Positions 30,065 to 39,952 are shown, counted from the stretch's first letter. The stretch is 64,000 nt of DNA from an uncultured Paraglaciecola sp. (GCF_943787955.1 NZ_CALSOK010000012.1:2619-66618); one strand, 5' to 3'. Notes: a model not told the origin generated them from the letters alone. Translations and numbers: made by a program.

Positions 30065-30724
30065 TATAGGTAAAATAAAACGTCATTTTTCCTAAAATTA
30101 AATTCCATGATGCCTTATATTTTCCATATTGACATCTATTTCATATTCTTAAGGGAGTGAAATTCGGCTATTTTTCGTTTATTAATCAACTGTTTCTACT
30201 TAATTCAGAATTCAAGACAAGCGCTTCCCGCTGTTGTGCAAACCAGCTCTGAATACTGCTTATGATGATGAACGGCTTTTATTCAAACAGACTTATCTGA
30301 GGCGGTGCTCGACTTTGTGAGGGTAATAATTAAACGACTTCGTCATTTTTTGTATTCAGGTGACTGAGTATCTTTTGGATCACCAATGGATGTGCAAATC
30401 GGCTTTACTGCCGATTTGTCAATGCTCGCTATAACCTTAACTGCACCAGCGCGATGCTCACAGGTTTCAATGTCGATGTTAAAAACCCGTTTAAGTCTTT
30501 GCGCCTAGGTCATCGATTAGTGCTTTTGTGCCCGTGTTTTTTCCTGCCCTGTCGGCAAGGCTTGTTTAGTCTTATTTCGTAAAGACGGCGTTATTGTCAC
30601 GCGGTGCCGACTGTTTGGTGGAGGGCCACCCCGTGGAGGGCCACCCCGTGGAGGGCCACCCCGTGGAGGGCCACCCCGCACAAATACACCATGACTAATT
30701 CATCGGGAATGAATTAAGCCAACC
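30065..30724 (-). mobile_element. IS91/ISCR-family remnant, copy 2 (near-identical direct repeat of 22147-22791)
   Basis: Aligns with copy 1 from TATAGGTAAAATAAAACG to GAATTAAGCCAACC, with scattered substitutions. Carries the 15-bp repeat x4 (30618-30677). Cut on the right by IS3. Confidence 0.88.
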
Positions 30725-30787
30725 TGTTGTGGTTGAATTAACCGGACACTTCAATAAAGGATTATAATCCTGTTAATTGAGGTGAAT

Positions 30788-31075
30788 ATGACTAAACGAA
30801 CAAATAAACATTATCCCGCAGAATTTAAACAAGAAGCGGTCGCTCTGGTAATAGAGCAAGACTATCCAATCGTACAAGCTGCTGCATCTTTAGGTGTGAC
30901 AGACAAACTACTTTACAACTGGGTAGCTAAGCATAAGAAACAGGCACTAGGTGATGCATTATCTGGTGATGAACGGGCAGAGTTAATTCAGCTCAGGAAA
31001 GATAGTAAACGTCTACAAATGGAGCGTGAAATCCTAAAAAAGGCCAGTGCCTTCTTCGCGAAAGAAATGAAGTAA
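30788..31075 (+). CDS. IS3 transposase OrfA
   Basis: HYPAEFKQEAV HTH; ends LKKASAFFAKEMK. Confidence 0.9.
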   Translation: MTKRTNKHYPAEFKQEAVALVIEQDYPIVQAAASLGVTDKLLYNWVAKHKKQALGDALSGDERAELIQLRKDSKRLQMEREILKKASAFFAKEMK

Positions 31076-31113
31076 GATATTCTTTTATAAGTGAGCTTGA
31101 TGCGAAGTATCCG

Positions 31114-31944
31114 GTGTCAGTTGCTTGTAAAGTGATGGAAGTGAGTTCGTCAGCATACTACGCATGGCTAAAAAAACCTGGTGAACTCATTAGCGCTCAA
31201 ATGCTAAGACTGTATCGACGAGCCAAAGCATTATTCAAGGCAAGTCGAAACAGTTTAGGCAGCAGAGAGCTTGCTAAAGCACTACGCAAAGAAGGCTTTG
31301 AAATAACGCGGTATCGCGCCATTAAGTTAATGGAACGGCTTAAATTAGTTGTGACTCAGCGAATAGCTTATAAAGTGACAACCAAGCGCAAACACAGTGA
31401 TGCTGTGGCTGACAACTTGCTAAATATGAATTTCAATCCTGTTGGACCCAATCAAATTTGGGCGGGTGATGTGTCCTATTTAAAGACTGGTGAGGGCTGG
31501 TTGTACTTAGCCATTGTCATGGATTTGTATTCACGCCGGATTGTAGGTTGGCATATATCAAAACGCATGACGCGTGATTTGGTCGAGCAAGCACTGACAA
31601 AGGCTCATAATTTACGCAAACCACCAAAAGGTTTGGTGTTTCACAGTGACAGAGGCTCTCAGTACACGAGTAAAGGCTTTAGAAATCTACTGTCGCGATT
31701 AGAGTGTCGAGCTAGTATGGGAGATGTTGGAGCTTGCTGGGATAATGCTGTTGTGGAGCGCTTCTTTGGAAGTTTAAAGCATGATTGGTTGTTTAAAGTA
31801 CCGCAGCCCACTCGAACACATATGCGAGAAGATGTTGCTAGGTACATGAAATATTATAATGTTGAGCGACTACATTCAGCTAATTTGGATCAATCGCCAA
31901 TTGAATTTGAAAACTCCTTTAGAAAAGTGTCCGGTTGGACTTGA
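31114..31944 (+). CDS. IS3 transposase OrfB (DDE), probably expressed by -1 frameshift from OrfA
   Basis: WAGDVSYL, VFHSDRGSQY, CWDNAVVERFFGSLK. The -1 frame is open back across the orfA stop. Confidence 0.92.
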   Translation: MSVACKVMEVSSSAYYAWLKKPGELISAQMLRLYRRAKALFKASRNSLGSRELAKALRKEGFEITRYRAIKLMERLKLVVTQRIAYKVTTKRKHSDAVADNLLNMNFNPVGPNQIWAGDVSYLKTGEGWLYLAIVMDLYSRRIVGWHISKRMTRDLVEQALTKAHNLRKPPKGLVFHSDRGSQYTSKGFRNLLSRLECRASMGDVGACWDNAVVERFFGSLKHDWLFKVPQPTRTHMREDVARYMKYYNVERLHSANLDQSPIEFENSFRKVSGWT

Positions 31945-32027
31945 CCAGAACAAACTTATTCAAAATGTTACTGCAAAATAAAAAATCAGAAGCTTTTTAC
32001 AACCGAACAGTTTCTTTACCAATGTCA

Positions 32028-32519
32028 CTAATTTAGCCACTGGCGTATGTATTCGATGGAATTTATACACCATTCACTGATACCATTTGGTGTTTTTACA
32101 GCAACAATGTCGTTGACTTCCTTTTTCAATAAGGGCCCTAGCCATGGGGGAGTCGATAGAAATATACCCAATAGCATCACCATAAATTTCCCTCTGGGCC
32201 GACAATTCGAAATTTTTTTACTTCGCCCATATCATTTTTAATCTCAACCCAAGCCCCAAAAAACACTTTTCCTTCCTGTTCCTTTGAATAACTGATGATT
32301 TTTAGCTCAGGTAGCAGTTTTCTAAGAAATTGAATACGCCGATCAATTTCCCTTAATTTTCTTTTTATTATATTGATAATCTGCGTTTTCACTCCTGTCT
32401 CCAAGGCTTGCAGCCCAAGTTACAATTTTGGTGATTTCTGGTCTTTGTTTAAGCCATATTTCTTCATGCTCGTCATGAAGCTTTTTATACCCTTCAGGTG
32501 TTATCAGTTTTGTTTTCAA
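32028..32519 (-). pseudogene. greB: Transcription elongation factor GreB with three +1 frameshifts
   Basis: TTG start, KTKLITPEGY..VTWAASLGDRSENADYQYNK/KLREIDRRIQFL..GKVFFGAWV..FRIVGPE/EIYG..ISIDSPMARA/LLKKEV. Extra bases at about 32357, 32190 and 32131. Confidence 0.85.
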
Positions 32520-33194
32520 GCCTGAACCTTTCTTAAAATATTTGGGTTAAATTGTAGATGTAACATTGTTCTAACTGGAATGACAAGCAATTCAGTGGGT
32601 AAGATTCTTTGCTTAATTTTAGATGAATGCTTTCTCACTCACAATTTTTCTTATTATTTAATAACATTATGAGACAACAAATCAGTAGCGATTTATCCTT
32701 ATCTTTAGTAACTATTAGCGAAGTGATAACGATGAAGTAAAAGCTTTAACACCGAGTGAAAATATAGTTATCGACTATGCTTAATATTAATCAAAGTGAA
32801 GTAGGGTTATTATCAATGGGCACTCCAAAGCCTCATGCGAAAACACTTTGAGGAGCCTAGCGTAAAAAAGTGTTGCCCATTTTTACGCCTTTATTGAATC
32901 AACTGAAATTAAGAGAGTTAGTCATACTACCTTTAACACGGCAACATATTATTTGAGGTAAATATCGACATCCAAATATACAAAGTTGAAACAGCATTTA
33001 GTCAAAAAGACAATATATTACAATCTAAATTACCTGGTTAAGTCAGGATAAAAAGCTCTTTGAAGGGCTGCAGAGTAAGGGGATAAGGTTCAGCACAGAA
33101 AATAGCTGATTATTAAAATGATAAAGTTAAGCCGGCCGCGATAACGTGTTCGTCTTTATATTAGATGTTTGTAAATAGAGTATTCACTATTGAA

Positions 33195-33959
33195 TTAAAG
33201 CTTAGGCTCTCTAGTTCCAGGTTTACCTGGATGAATGATTTGAAGTAATTCCACTTCAAATATTAAGGTTGAATGGCTTGTTATTTTACCAGTCGAGCGG
33301 GCTCCATATGCTAAATCTGAAGGCACATAAAACTTGTATTTTGCTCCCACATTCATTAATTGAACCCCTTCAGTCCAGCCTTTAATTACACGATTGAGCG
33401 GAAAGCTTGCAGGCTTATTACGTGAATAAGACGAATCAAATTCTGTGCCGTCTAACAGTGTGCCAAGGTAGTTTACTTTTACTGTATCTGTAGCTTTAGG
33501 TTTGCTGCCTTCACTATTTTTTAGTACCTCGTACTGTAAACCTGAATCAGTAACAATGATGCCAGCACGCTTTGCATTATTGGTTAAAAATTCTAAACCT
33601 AATACTTTATTTTCATTACCTATTAGAGCCTTAAGCTCAACTTTTTTTTCTCGTACAAAGCCTTCAACCGCGCGATTGATTGATTGAATTTCGTCTTTGT
33701 CTAATTGTGATTGGCCTTGTAAAGCTGCTATAAATCCTTTTACTAACAAGTATCGATTGTATTCAACACCAGCTTCTTTTTGGTTAGCTATTTTACTTTC
33801 TATAATTTGACCAATGCTAGCGCCCATAGCATAAGATTGTTTCTGTTGTTCTGTATCAAGGACTACGGTTTCTACTTTCATAAATTCAACCGTTTGTGGC
33901 TGACAAGCACTTAAGGTTAAAGCAGAGGCAATCAAAATAGTGACTAGGGCCTTTTTCAT
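33195..33959 (-). CDS. fkpA: FKBP-type peptidyl-prolyl isomerase (FkpA/Mip-like), probable lipoprotein
   Basis: Start MKKALVTILIASALTLSAC (lipobox), SYAMG, VITDSGLQYEVL-like, FDSSYSR, VIKGWTEG. Confidence 0.85.
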   Translation of the reverse strand: MKKALVTILIASALTLSACQPQTVEFMKVETVVLDTEQQKQSYAMGASIGQIIESKIANQKEAGVEYNRYLLVKGFIAALQGQSQLDKDEIQSINRAVEGFVREKKVELKALIGNENKVLGLEFLTNNAKRAGIIVTDSGLQYEVLKNSEGSKPKATDTVKVNYLGTLLDGTEFDSSYSRNKPASFPLNRVIKGWTEGVQLMNVGAKYKFYVPSDLAYGARSTGKITSHSTLIFEVELLQIIHPGKPGTREPKL

Positions 33960-34036
33960 TATAATTCTCCAACTAGCAGTATGTGATTGGTAAGCAAAAG
34001 CATATACTAAACTCCATAAGGTAAAAGAGAAACCCA

Positions 34037-35026
34037 TTGAATAAACCTATTAAAGTTATCTATTTTGTAATGTCATTAAGTGCATTGACACTCATGGGCT
34101 GTGATGATTTAAGTGATGCTCATATAAGTTCATTTCGTCATGCTGCGGGGGGGGCACATGCCTCCCACATTTCTGCAGACAATACGATTGCTGTTGTTTC
34201 TTCTATTGAAAGTGGCATTACTGTTTGGGATTTGACTACTAACGCACAGCGTTACGTGTGGCGTCATCAAGAAGATGGTAGTAATTTAGTGTCTAATATA
34301 CATATTGCCTTTGATAATTCATATGTTGTGACATCTGACAGAGAGGCATTTGCGCTTTGGAATATAGAGGTTGGTGAGCCAGAGGGATTTTGGCGAATTG
34401 ACGAGGCAAGTATTCGAGATATAGCTGTTTCAAATCAAGGTCGAGGTATTTTGGTGGGGCGCGGTAATGGTAAAGTGATGTTCTTTGAGCCTAAGACAGG
34501 AAGGCGATTAGAGTTTTTAGGCCACTAAGAAAAAGTTAATAGTGTGGATCTTTCACCTAATGGTTTTTTTGCATTAACAGGTGGCAACGATTACTTAGCC
34601 TATCTGTGGGATACACGCACTGGGCAAGTGATCCATAAGTTTGACCATTCCAGTAGGGTTACTAAAGTGTCACTAGATGATCAAGGACGTTACGCATTTA
34701 CCGCTGACAGTAAGCGTGATGCAAGAGTCTGGGACTTGGTTACGGGTAAAGATGTTAGTAACTTACAATATTCGGCAAGGCAACGAATATTCACTACAGC
34801 CGTATTTTCGGATGATGGTAAGTACCTGCTAACAGGTTCGCCATCAAGAAGAATAAATCGCTGGGACGTCAAAACAGGAGCAGAACTAAACGAATGGTTT
34901 GTTTTAGCTCGTAAAGGAAGCAAACCTGCTTCGGCTGTTGTGTATGACGTAGGTTTTATTGGTGATAGCGAAATAGTTTCGGAAAGTAGCAATGGTTTAC
35001 TAGAAAAGTGGAAGATAAAAAATTAA
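34037..35026 (+). pseudogene. WD40-repeat lipoprotein split by an in-frame TAA at 34526-34528
   Basis: The two track ORFs are in the same frame, joined by LEFLGH*EKVNSVDLSPNG in the middle of a WD repeat. Confidence 0.8.
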
Positions 35027-35238
35027 TGAGCACAGCACAGACAGATATCGAACAATTACAAATGAAAATGGCCTTTCAAGAAGACACCATAGAAAGCCTC
35101 AATCAAGCACTCATTTTACAGCAAAAACAGATGGACGACTTACAATTTCAACTCAAACAACTGGTTTCAAAAATGAGTGCCATCGAGCCGAGTAATATGG
35201 CCTCCGAAAAAGAGGAAATGCCACCCCCTCATTATTGA
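35026..35238 (+). CDS. slyX: SlyX family protein
   Basis: LQMKMAFQEDTIESLN and C-terminal EEMPPPHY. Confidence 0.92.
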   Translation: MSTAQTDIEQLQMKMAFQEDTIESLNQALILQQKQMDDLQFQLKQLVSKMSAIEPSNMASEKEEMPPPHY

Positions 35239-35415
35239 TTCAGTTAGTGAGTTCAAACATACGAAGTGATTTATTAATAATGAGCTGAGGGATCCTTGAA
35301 TTCACTTTTTAATTGGGTTATTTGTAAAACAGTGGATGGTATTAGTTTATGGCTAATATTGATTATGCAATTAGCAAAAAATAAGCAGATTGACACCATG
35401 CACTATTAAAAAAAA

Positions 35416-35622
35416 CTACTCTGGTTTAAACACGCCAATCACACTTCCACCAGAGCGCGACGCTTTGGCCACTTTTTTATCCGTCTGGGACTCTGAATAA
35501 TGACACTTCACACACTGCAATTTTTCAACGTTATTTTCAAAATAAAGCATAATGGTGTCTAGTGCTCGGCACTTTGGGCAGTTTGCTCCTGCGACAAATC
35601 GTTTTTTTATTTTATTAACCAT
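35416..35622 (-). CDS. yheV: YheV family putative zinc-ribbon protein
   Basis: KKRFVAGANCPKC..QCVKC. Confidence 0.85.
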   Translation of the reverse strand: MVNKIKKRFVAGANCPKCRALDTIMLYFENNVEKLQCVKCHYSESQTDKKVAKASRSGGSVIGVFKPE

Positions 35623-35759
35623 GGTTTAAGAAATTTATTCGGTTCATCATCTTGGTATGATACTACCATTCAAATTTGAGTGTTATCCCGTTTTAGTTTA
35701 AGTGCAACTAACAACACACTAAACGCTTGGGATAGCTAAAAAGTTCATAACAGGTTTTC

Positions 35760-37682
35760 ATGATCCAATTTTCAAATGTTTCGTTAATGCGTGGCAGTAA
35801 AGTATTGCTACGAGATGCTAATGCTGTTGTCTACCCCGGTCATAAAGCAGGACTGATTGGTGCCAATGGGTGTGGTAAGTCTACTTTGTTTGCTTTGATA
35901 AGGGGGGAGTTACATACCGAGCAAGGGGATTTTCATATTCCTAAAAATTGGCAAATCGTCTCGGTCGCACAAGAAACGCCTGCCGTTGAGCGCTCAGCTT
36001 TGGATTATGTGATTGACGGTGATAAACAATACAGAAAGCTACAATCACAACTAGCTGTGGCGGAACAAGCCCACAACGGCGAACAAATTGCTCATTTACA
36101 TGGTTCATTGGAACAAGTGGGTGCTTATGATATTGATGCCCGCGCGGCGATTATCTTAGCTGGCCTAGGTTTTGCGAACGGCGTAATGAAAAACTCAGTC
36201 TCTTCCTTTTCTGGTGGTTGGCGAATGCGTTTAAATCTAGCTCAGGCGCTACTTTGCCACTCCGATTTGTTGTTATTAGATGAACCCACTAACCACCTCG
36301 ATCTAGATGCAGTTATTTGGTTAGAAAAATGGCTGCAGCGCTATACTGGTACTTTGATGCTGATCTCTCACGACAAGTCTTTTTTGGACAGTACAGTGAA
36401 TGAAATTATCAGCGTTGAATCGCAGCAACTTATTAGTTATACCGGTAATTACGATGCTTATGAAAAACAACGTGCAGAACGTTTACGGTTACAAAGTTTG
36501 CAGTATTCAAAGCAACAAGATCAAATTGCACACCTCGAATCTTTCATTAATCGATTTGGGGCAAAAGCAAGTAAGGCTAAACAAGCACAAAGCCGTGTAA
36601 AACAATTGGCAAAAATGGAAACCTTGCTGCCGGTTATGGCGGCCTCTGAATTTAGCTTTGAATTTTTTACTCCGCCTAAATTACCTAATCCTCTAATAAA
36701 AATGGAGCAGGTAAAAGTAGGGTATGGCGATACTATTGTTTTAGAGAAGCTTCATTTAAACCTAGTGCCAGGAAGTCGCATAGGTTTATTAGGTAAAAAC
36801 GGCGCGGGTAAGTCTACCTTAATCAAATTGTTAGCAGGCGAAAAGTCACCCATGGAAGGCTTGTACGAAACATCATCCGGGTTACGTATAGGTTATTTTG
36901 CGCAACATCAATTAGAATTTTTGCGTGGCGATGATTCGCCAATAGCCCATATACAAAGGCTAGATAAAAAAGCCACCGAGCAAAGCCTCAGAGATTACTT
37001 GGGTGGTTTTGGTTTTCGTGGTGATAATGCGTTAAGCAAAGTCGCACCTATGTCTGGAGGTGAAAAAGCCCGTTTAGTTTTGGCCTTAACTGTTTATCAA
37101 AAGCCAAACTTGCTATTACTAGATGAGCCCACTAACCATCTAGACTTAGACATGCGACATGCACTGAATATTGCGTTGCAAGGATTTGAAGGCGCCATGG
37201 TCTTGGTTTCGCACGACAGGTTTTTGCTCACATCGGTTTGTGATGACTTTTATTTAGTAGACTCCAAGCAGGTGCAAGCCTTTGATGGTGACCTAGATGA
37301 CTACAAAGATTGGATCCTTAAAGGCGATAATAGCGGTGATAAAGGCACTAACACAGAAGGCGACAAATCCAATGTTAAGCCAGATCGTAAAAACATTAAA
37401 CGCTTAGAAGCAAAATTTAGGCAAGCCACCAAGCCACTGAGAAAAGCCATTGAGCAATACGAAAAAAGCATGGCAGATGCCCATAAAAAATTACAAATCG
37501 TAGAGGGGCAGCTCAGCGATACTGAAATTTACAGTGCTGAAAACAAACCTCAACTTAAACAAATATTAGCAGAACAAGCTAAGTTGAAATCCTGCCTAGA
37601 AGAGTCAGAAATGCAATGGTTAGAGGTGCAAGAGCAGATGGAAATAAAACAGCAAGAATTTGAGCAAGAAATTATCGATTAA
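35760..37682 (+). CDS. yheS: ABC-F family ATP-binding protein
   Basis: Two ABC domains (GANGCGKS, FSGGWRMR, LLDEPTNHLD; GKNGAGKS, MSGGEKAR), no TM segments, and a C-terminal coiled coil. Located between yheV and yheT. Confidence 0.88.
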   Translation: MIQFSNVSLMRGSKVLLRDANAVVYPGHKAGLIGANGCGKSTLFALIRGELHTEQGDFHIPKNWQIVSVAQETPAVERSALDYVIDGDKQYRKLQSQLAVAEQAHNGEQIAHLHGSLEQVGAYDIDARAAIILAGLGFANGVMKNSVSSFSGGWRMRLNLAQALLCHSDLLLLDEPTNHLDLDAVIWLEKWLQRYTGTLMLISHDKSFLDSTVNEIISVESQQLISYTGNYDAYEKQRAERLRLQSLQYSKQQDQIAHLESFINRFGAKASKAKQAQSRVKQLAKMETLLPVMAASEFSFEFFTPPKLPNPLIKMEQVKVGYGDTIVLEKLHLNLVPGSRIGLLGKNGAGKSTLIKLLAGEKSPMEGLYETSSGLRIGYFAQHQLEFLRGDDSPIAHIQRLDKKATEQSLRDYLGGFGFRGDNALSKVAPMSGGEKARLVLALTVYQKPNLLLLDEPTNHLDLDMRHALNIALQGFEGAMVLVSHDRFLLTSVCDDFYLVDSKQVQAFDGDLDDYKDWILKGDNSGDKGTNTEGDKSNVKPDRKNIKRLEAKFRQATKPLRKAIEQYEKSMADAHKKLQIVEGQLSDTEIYSAENKPQLKQILAEQAKLKSCLEESEMQWLEVQEQMEIKQQEFEQEIID

Positions 37683-37708
37683 CAAACTAGGTGCAGGTAC
37701 CTTTAAAT

Positions 37709-37909
37709 ATGAATAGCCCCATTACTGGTTATCACAAGGACGAAGAAAACGACTGGGTGGCTGAACTTGCATGTGGTCACTTTCAACATGTAAGACATAA
37801 CCCACCTTAGGTCAGTCGTCCTTGGGTCATCACATCAGATGGCCGAAAGTTAATGTTAGGTCATAAACTATCATCCAAAAAATGTGATTTGCTAGCCACA
37901 AATTCTTAA
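37709..37909 (+). pseudogene. DUF3565 family protein with in-frame TAG (37808-37810)
   Basis: MNSPITGYHKDEENDWVAELACGHFQHVRHNPP*VSRPWV...KKCD. The stop falls at the usual Trp of the HNPPW motif. Not listed in the ORF track. Confidence 0.75.
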
Positions 37910-38029
37910 TGTTTTTATGTTTTAGTCTTAATTCTGGCTTTAAAGATTAAAATCGCGGGTTAGATATAGATTAACAACACGCTCAATTGATGTATTCTAT
38001 GCCTATGATAATTCATATCTCTATTCTTA

Positions 38030-39085
38030 ATGTTCTCCGAGCCCCAAACCAATCAAAATGTCCGTTATGGTGAAATAGTTGAAAGTGTTTTTAGCCCACC
38101 CTGGTGGGCTAAAAACAGACACATACAAACTATTTTCCCGCGTTTTATTCAAAAACGCGCCAAGCTTGATTACCGAAAAGAAAAGTTGCCCTTACCTGAT
38201 GGTGATTTCGTTAATTTAATTTGGGCGGGTGATGTACAAAAATCATCTGGTTTAATTGCTATGTTCCATGGTTTAGAGGGCTCAATTCGCTCTCATTATA
38301 CTAACGACATGGCAGCAAACTTTGTTAAGCAGGGGTATGCAGTGGTGTTGATGCATTTTCGTGGCTGTGGCGGTGAACAAAACACAACACCTAGAGCGTA
38401 TCATTCAGGTGAAACTGAGGATGCATGGTACTTCTTGAATTGGCTTGAGCAGAAATTTCCTGACACACGCAAAGTGGCGATGGGTTTCTCTCTTGGCGCT
38501 AACATGTTGCTAAAACTCTTGAGTGAACAACCAAAACAGAGGATTATTAAGGCGGCCATGGCCGTGTCTACTCCCTTTAATTTAGCTCTTTGTGCCAATA
38601 GTATTAGTCAAGGATTTTCAAAGGTTTACCAAGCCTACTTATTAAAAAGCATGGTAAATAATTTGTTGATTAAGATGCGTAATATGGATTATGGTCAATT
38701 GTTAAAAGTAACAGAGTCCCAGATAAAGCAGTTTAAAAGCTTTAGAGAATTTGATGAACATATCACTGCACCATTACACGGTTTTGAGGGAGCAGACGAT
38801 TATTACCAAAAGTGCAGCGCACAAAATTTCCTTAAGGCCATCGCCACGCCTACTTTAGTGGTTCACGCCAAGGATGATCCTTTTATGCACAGCAGTATCG
38901 TGCCTGATGTCAAAACGTTATCACCAAAAGTGTGTCTTGAATTGAGTGAAAAGGGTGGGCATGTAGGTTTTATGCAAGGTACACCATGGCGTCCTGAAAT
39001 TTGGATTCAGCAAAGAGCCAATGATTTTTTTCAGCCCTTTATTGATGACAATGGTAATCTCTTATCTACAGGTATCCTGCAATGA
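38030..39085 (+). CDS. yheT: YheT family alpha/beta hydrolase
   Basis: NRHIQT, FHGLEGS, HFRGCGG, GFSLGANML, DDPFM, GGHVGF. Confidence 0.9.
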   Translation: MFSEPQTNQNVRYGEIVESVFSPPWWAKNRHIQTIFPRFIQKRAKLDYRKEKLPLPDGDFVNLIWAGDVQKSSGLIAMFHGLEGSIRSHYTNDMAANFVKQGYAVVLMHFRGCGGEQNTTPRAYHSGETEDAWYFLNWLEQKFPDTRKVAMGFSLGANMLLKLLSEQPKQRIIKAAMAVSTPFNLALCANSISQGFSKVYQAYLLKSMVNNLLIKMRNMDYGQLLKVTESQIKQFKSFREFDEHITAPLHGFEGADDYYQKCSAQNFLKAIATPTLVVHAKDDPFMHSSIVPDVKTLSPKVCLELSEKGGHVGFMQGTPWRPEIWIQQRANDFFQPFIDDNGNLLSTGILQ

Positions 39086-39324
39086 TTATCTCTATTGAAG
39101 ACTTAACCGAAGAGACCTTATTGAATATTATTGAAGGCTTTGTATTACGTGAAGGTACCGAGTATGGCGAAGCTGACGTTTCACTCGAAGAAAAAGTGCT
39201 GCAAGTGCTGGCGCAGCTAAAGTTAGGTGACGTGCTTTTAGTCTATTCTGAATTACATGAAACAGTGAATATCATCCCCAAGCAACAGCTCGGGGAATGT
39301 GAATTACCAGAGAGTCAACAGTAA
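39082..39324 (+). CDS. yheU: YheU family protein (UPF0270)
   Basis: LNIIEGFVLREGTEYGE; overlaps the yheT stop. Confidence 0.9.
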   Translation: MIISIEDLTEETLLNIIEGFVLREGTEYGEADVSLEEKVLQVLAQLKLGDVLLVYSELHETVNIIPKQQLGECELPESQQ

Positions 39325-39340
39325 TAGAGTGACAGCGGGT

Positions 39341-39934
39341 TTAGTGAGCCACAAAAACTAAGTTAAAGTTGACTGGTACTGTTAGTCCAATGCCACTTAA
39401 TCCCGCCAATTTTTGCAATATTTCAATCCCGGAAGTTAAACCAAAATCTGTAGCCGATATTAAGATTGGTCGGGTGCTGGTAGCTACAATGCCATTATCA
39501 GCTTTGCGTGTGACCTGTATTGTTGTGCTAATGGTTTTGCTGATACCCATAATGTTTAACTCGGCTGGTAGCGTCAATAATATCGAATTGCCCTTTGCAA
39601 GACGCAAGACACTCTCAGGTAATTGCGCAGTTAAATTAGCCGAAGGAAACTTGTCCACTAAAAACAGTTTTTCTCGCATACGGGTATCGCGGATTTTGAT
39701 GCCTGAGTCTATACTAGCGAGGTCAATTTCAATCTGTAATTCCCCTTCAGGATTAAATTCACCTTTTAGTGATGTGAACTGTTGAATTTCACTAATATGT
39801 TCATTTTTAGTTGATACAAAACTTAAGCTAGATTCGTCCTTAACTAACATCCAGTGGGCGCGAGCTGATGAACTGAGTAAAAAAATACAGATAAAAATAA
39901 TGCTTGATAATAAAACTTTCAAAGAGAACTCCAT
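39341..39934 (-). CDS. YceI family periplasmic lipid/polyisoprenoid-binding protein
   Basis: Signal peptide, SSLSFVSTK, IDLASIDSGIKIRDTRMRE. Confidence 0.85.
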   Translation of the reverse strand: MEFSLKVLLSSIIFICIFLLSSSARAHWMLVKDESSLSFVSTKNEHISEIQQFTSLKGEFNPEGELQIEIDLASIDSGIKIRDTRMREKLFLVDKFPSANLTAQLPESVLRLAKGNSILLTLPAELNIMGISKTISTTIQVTRKADNGIVATSTRPILISATDFGLTSGIEILQKLAGLSGIGLTVPVNFNLVFVAH

Positions 39935-39952
39935 TAGTTAGAAATAATGCTG

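Larger units (their letters stand above)
30725..31952 (+). mobile_element. IS3-family insertion sequence (1,228 bp)
   Basis: IRL TGTTGTGGTTGAATTAACCGGACAC and IRR (reverse complement) TGTTCTGGTCAAGTCCAACCGGACAC. orfA and orfB overlap in the -1 frame. Confidence 0.93.
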
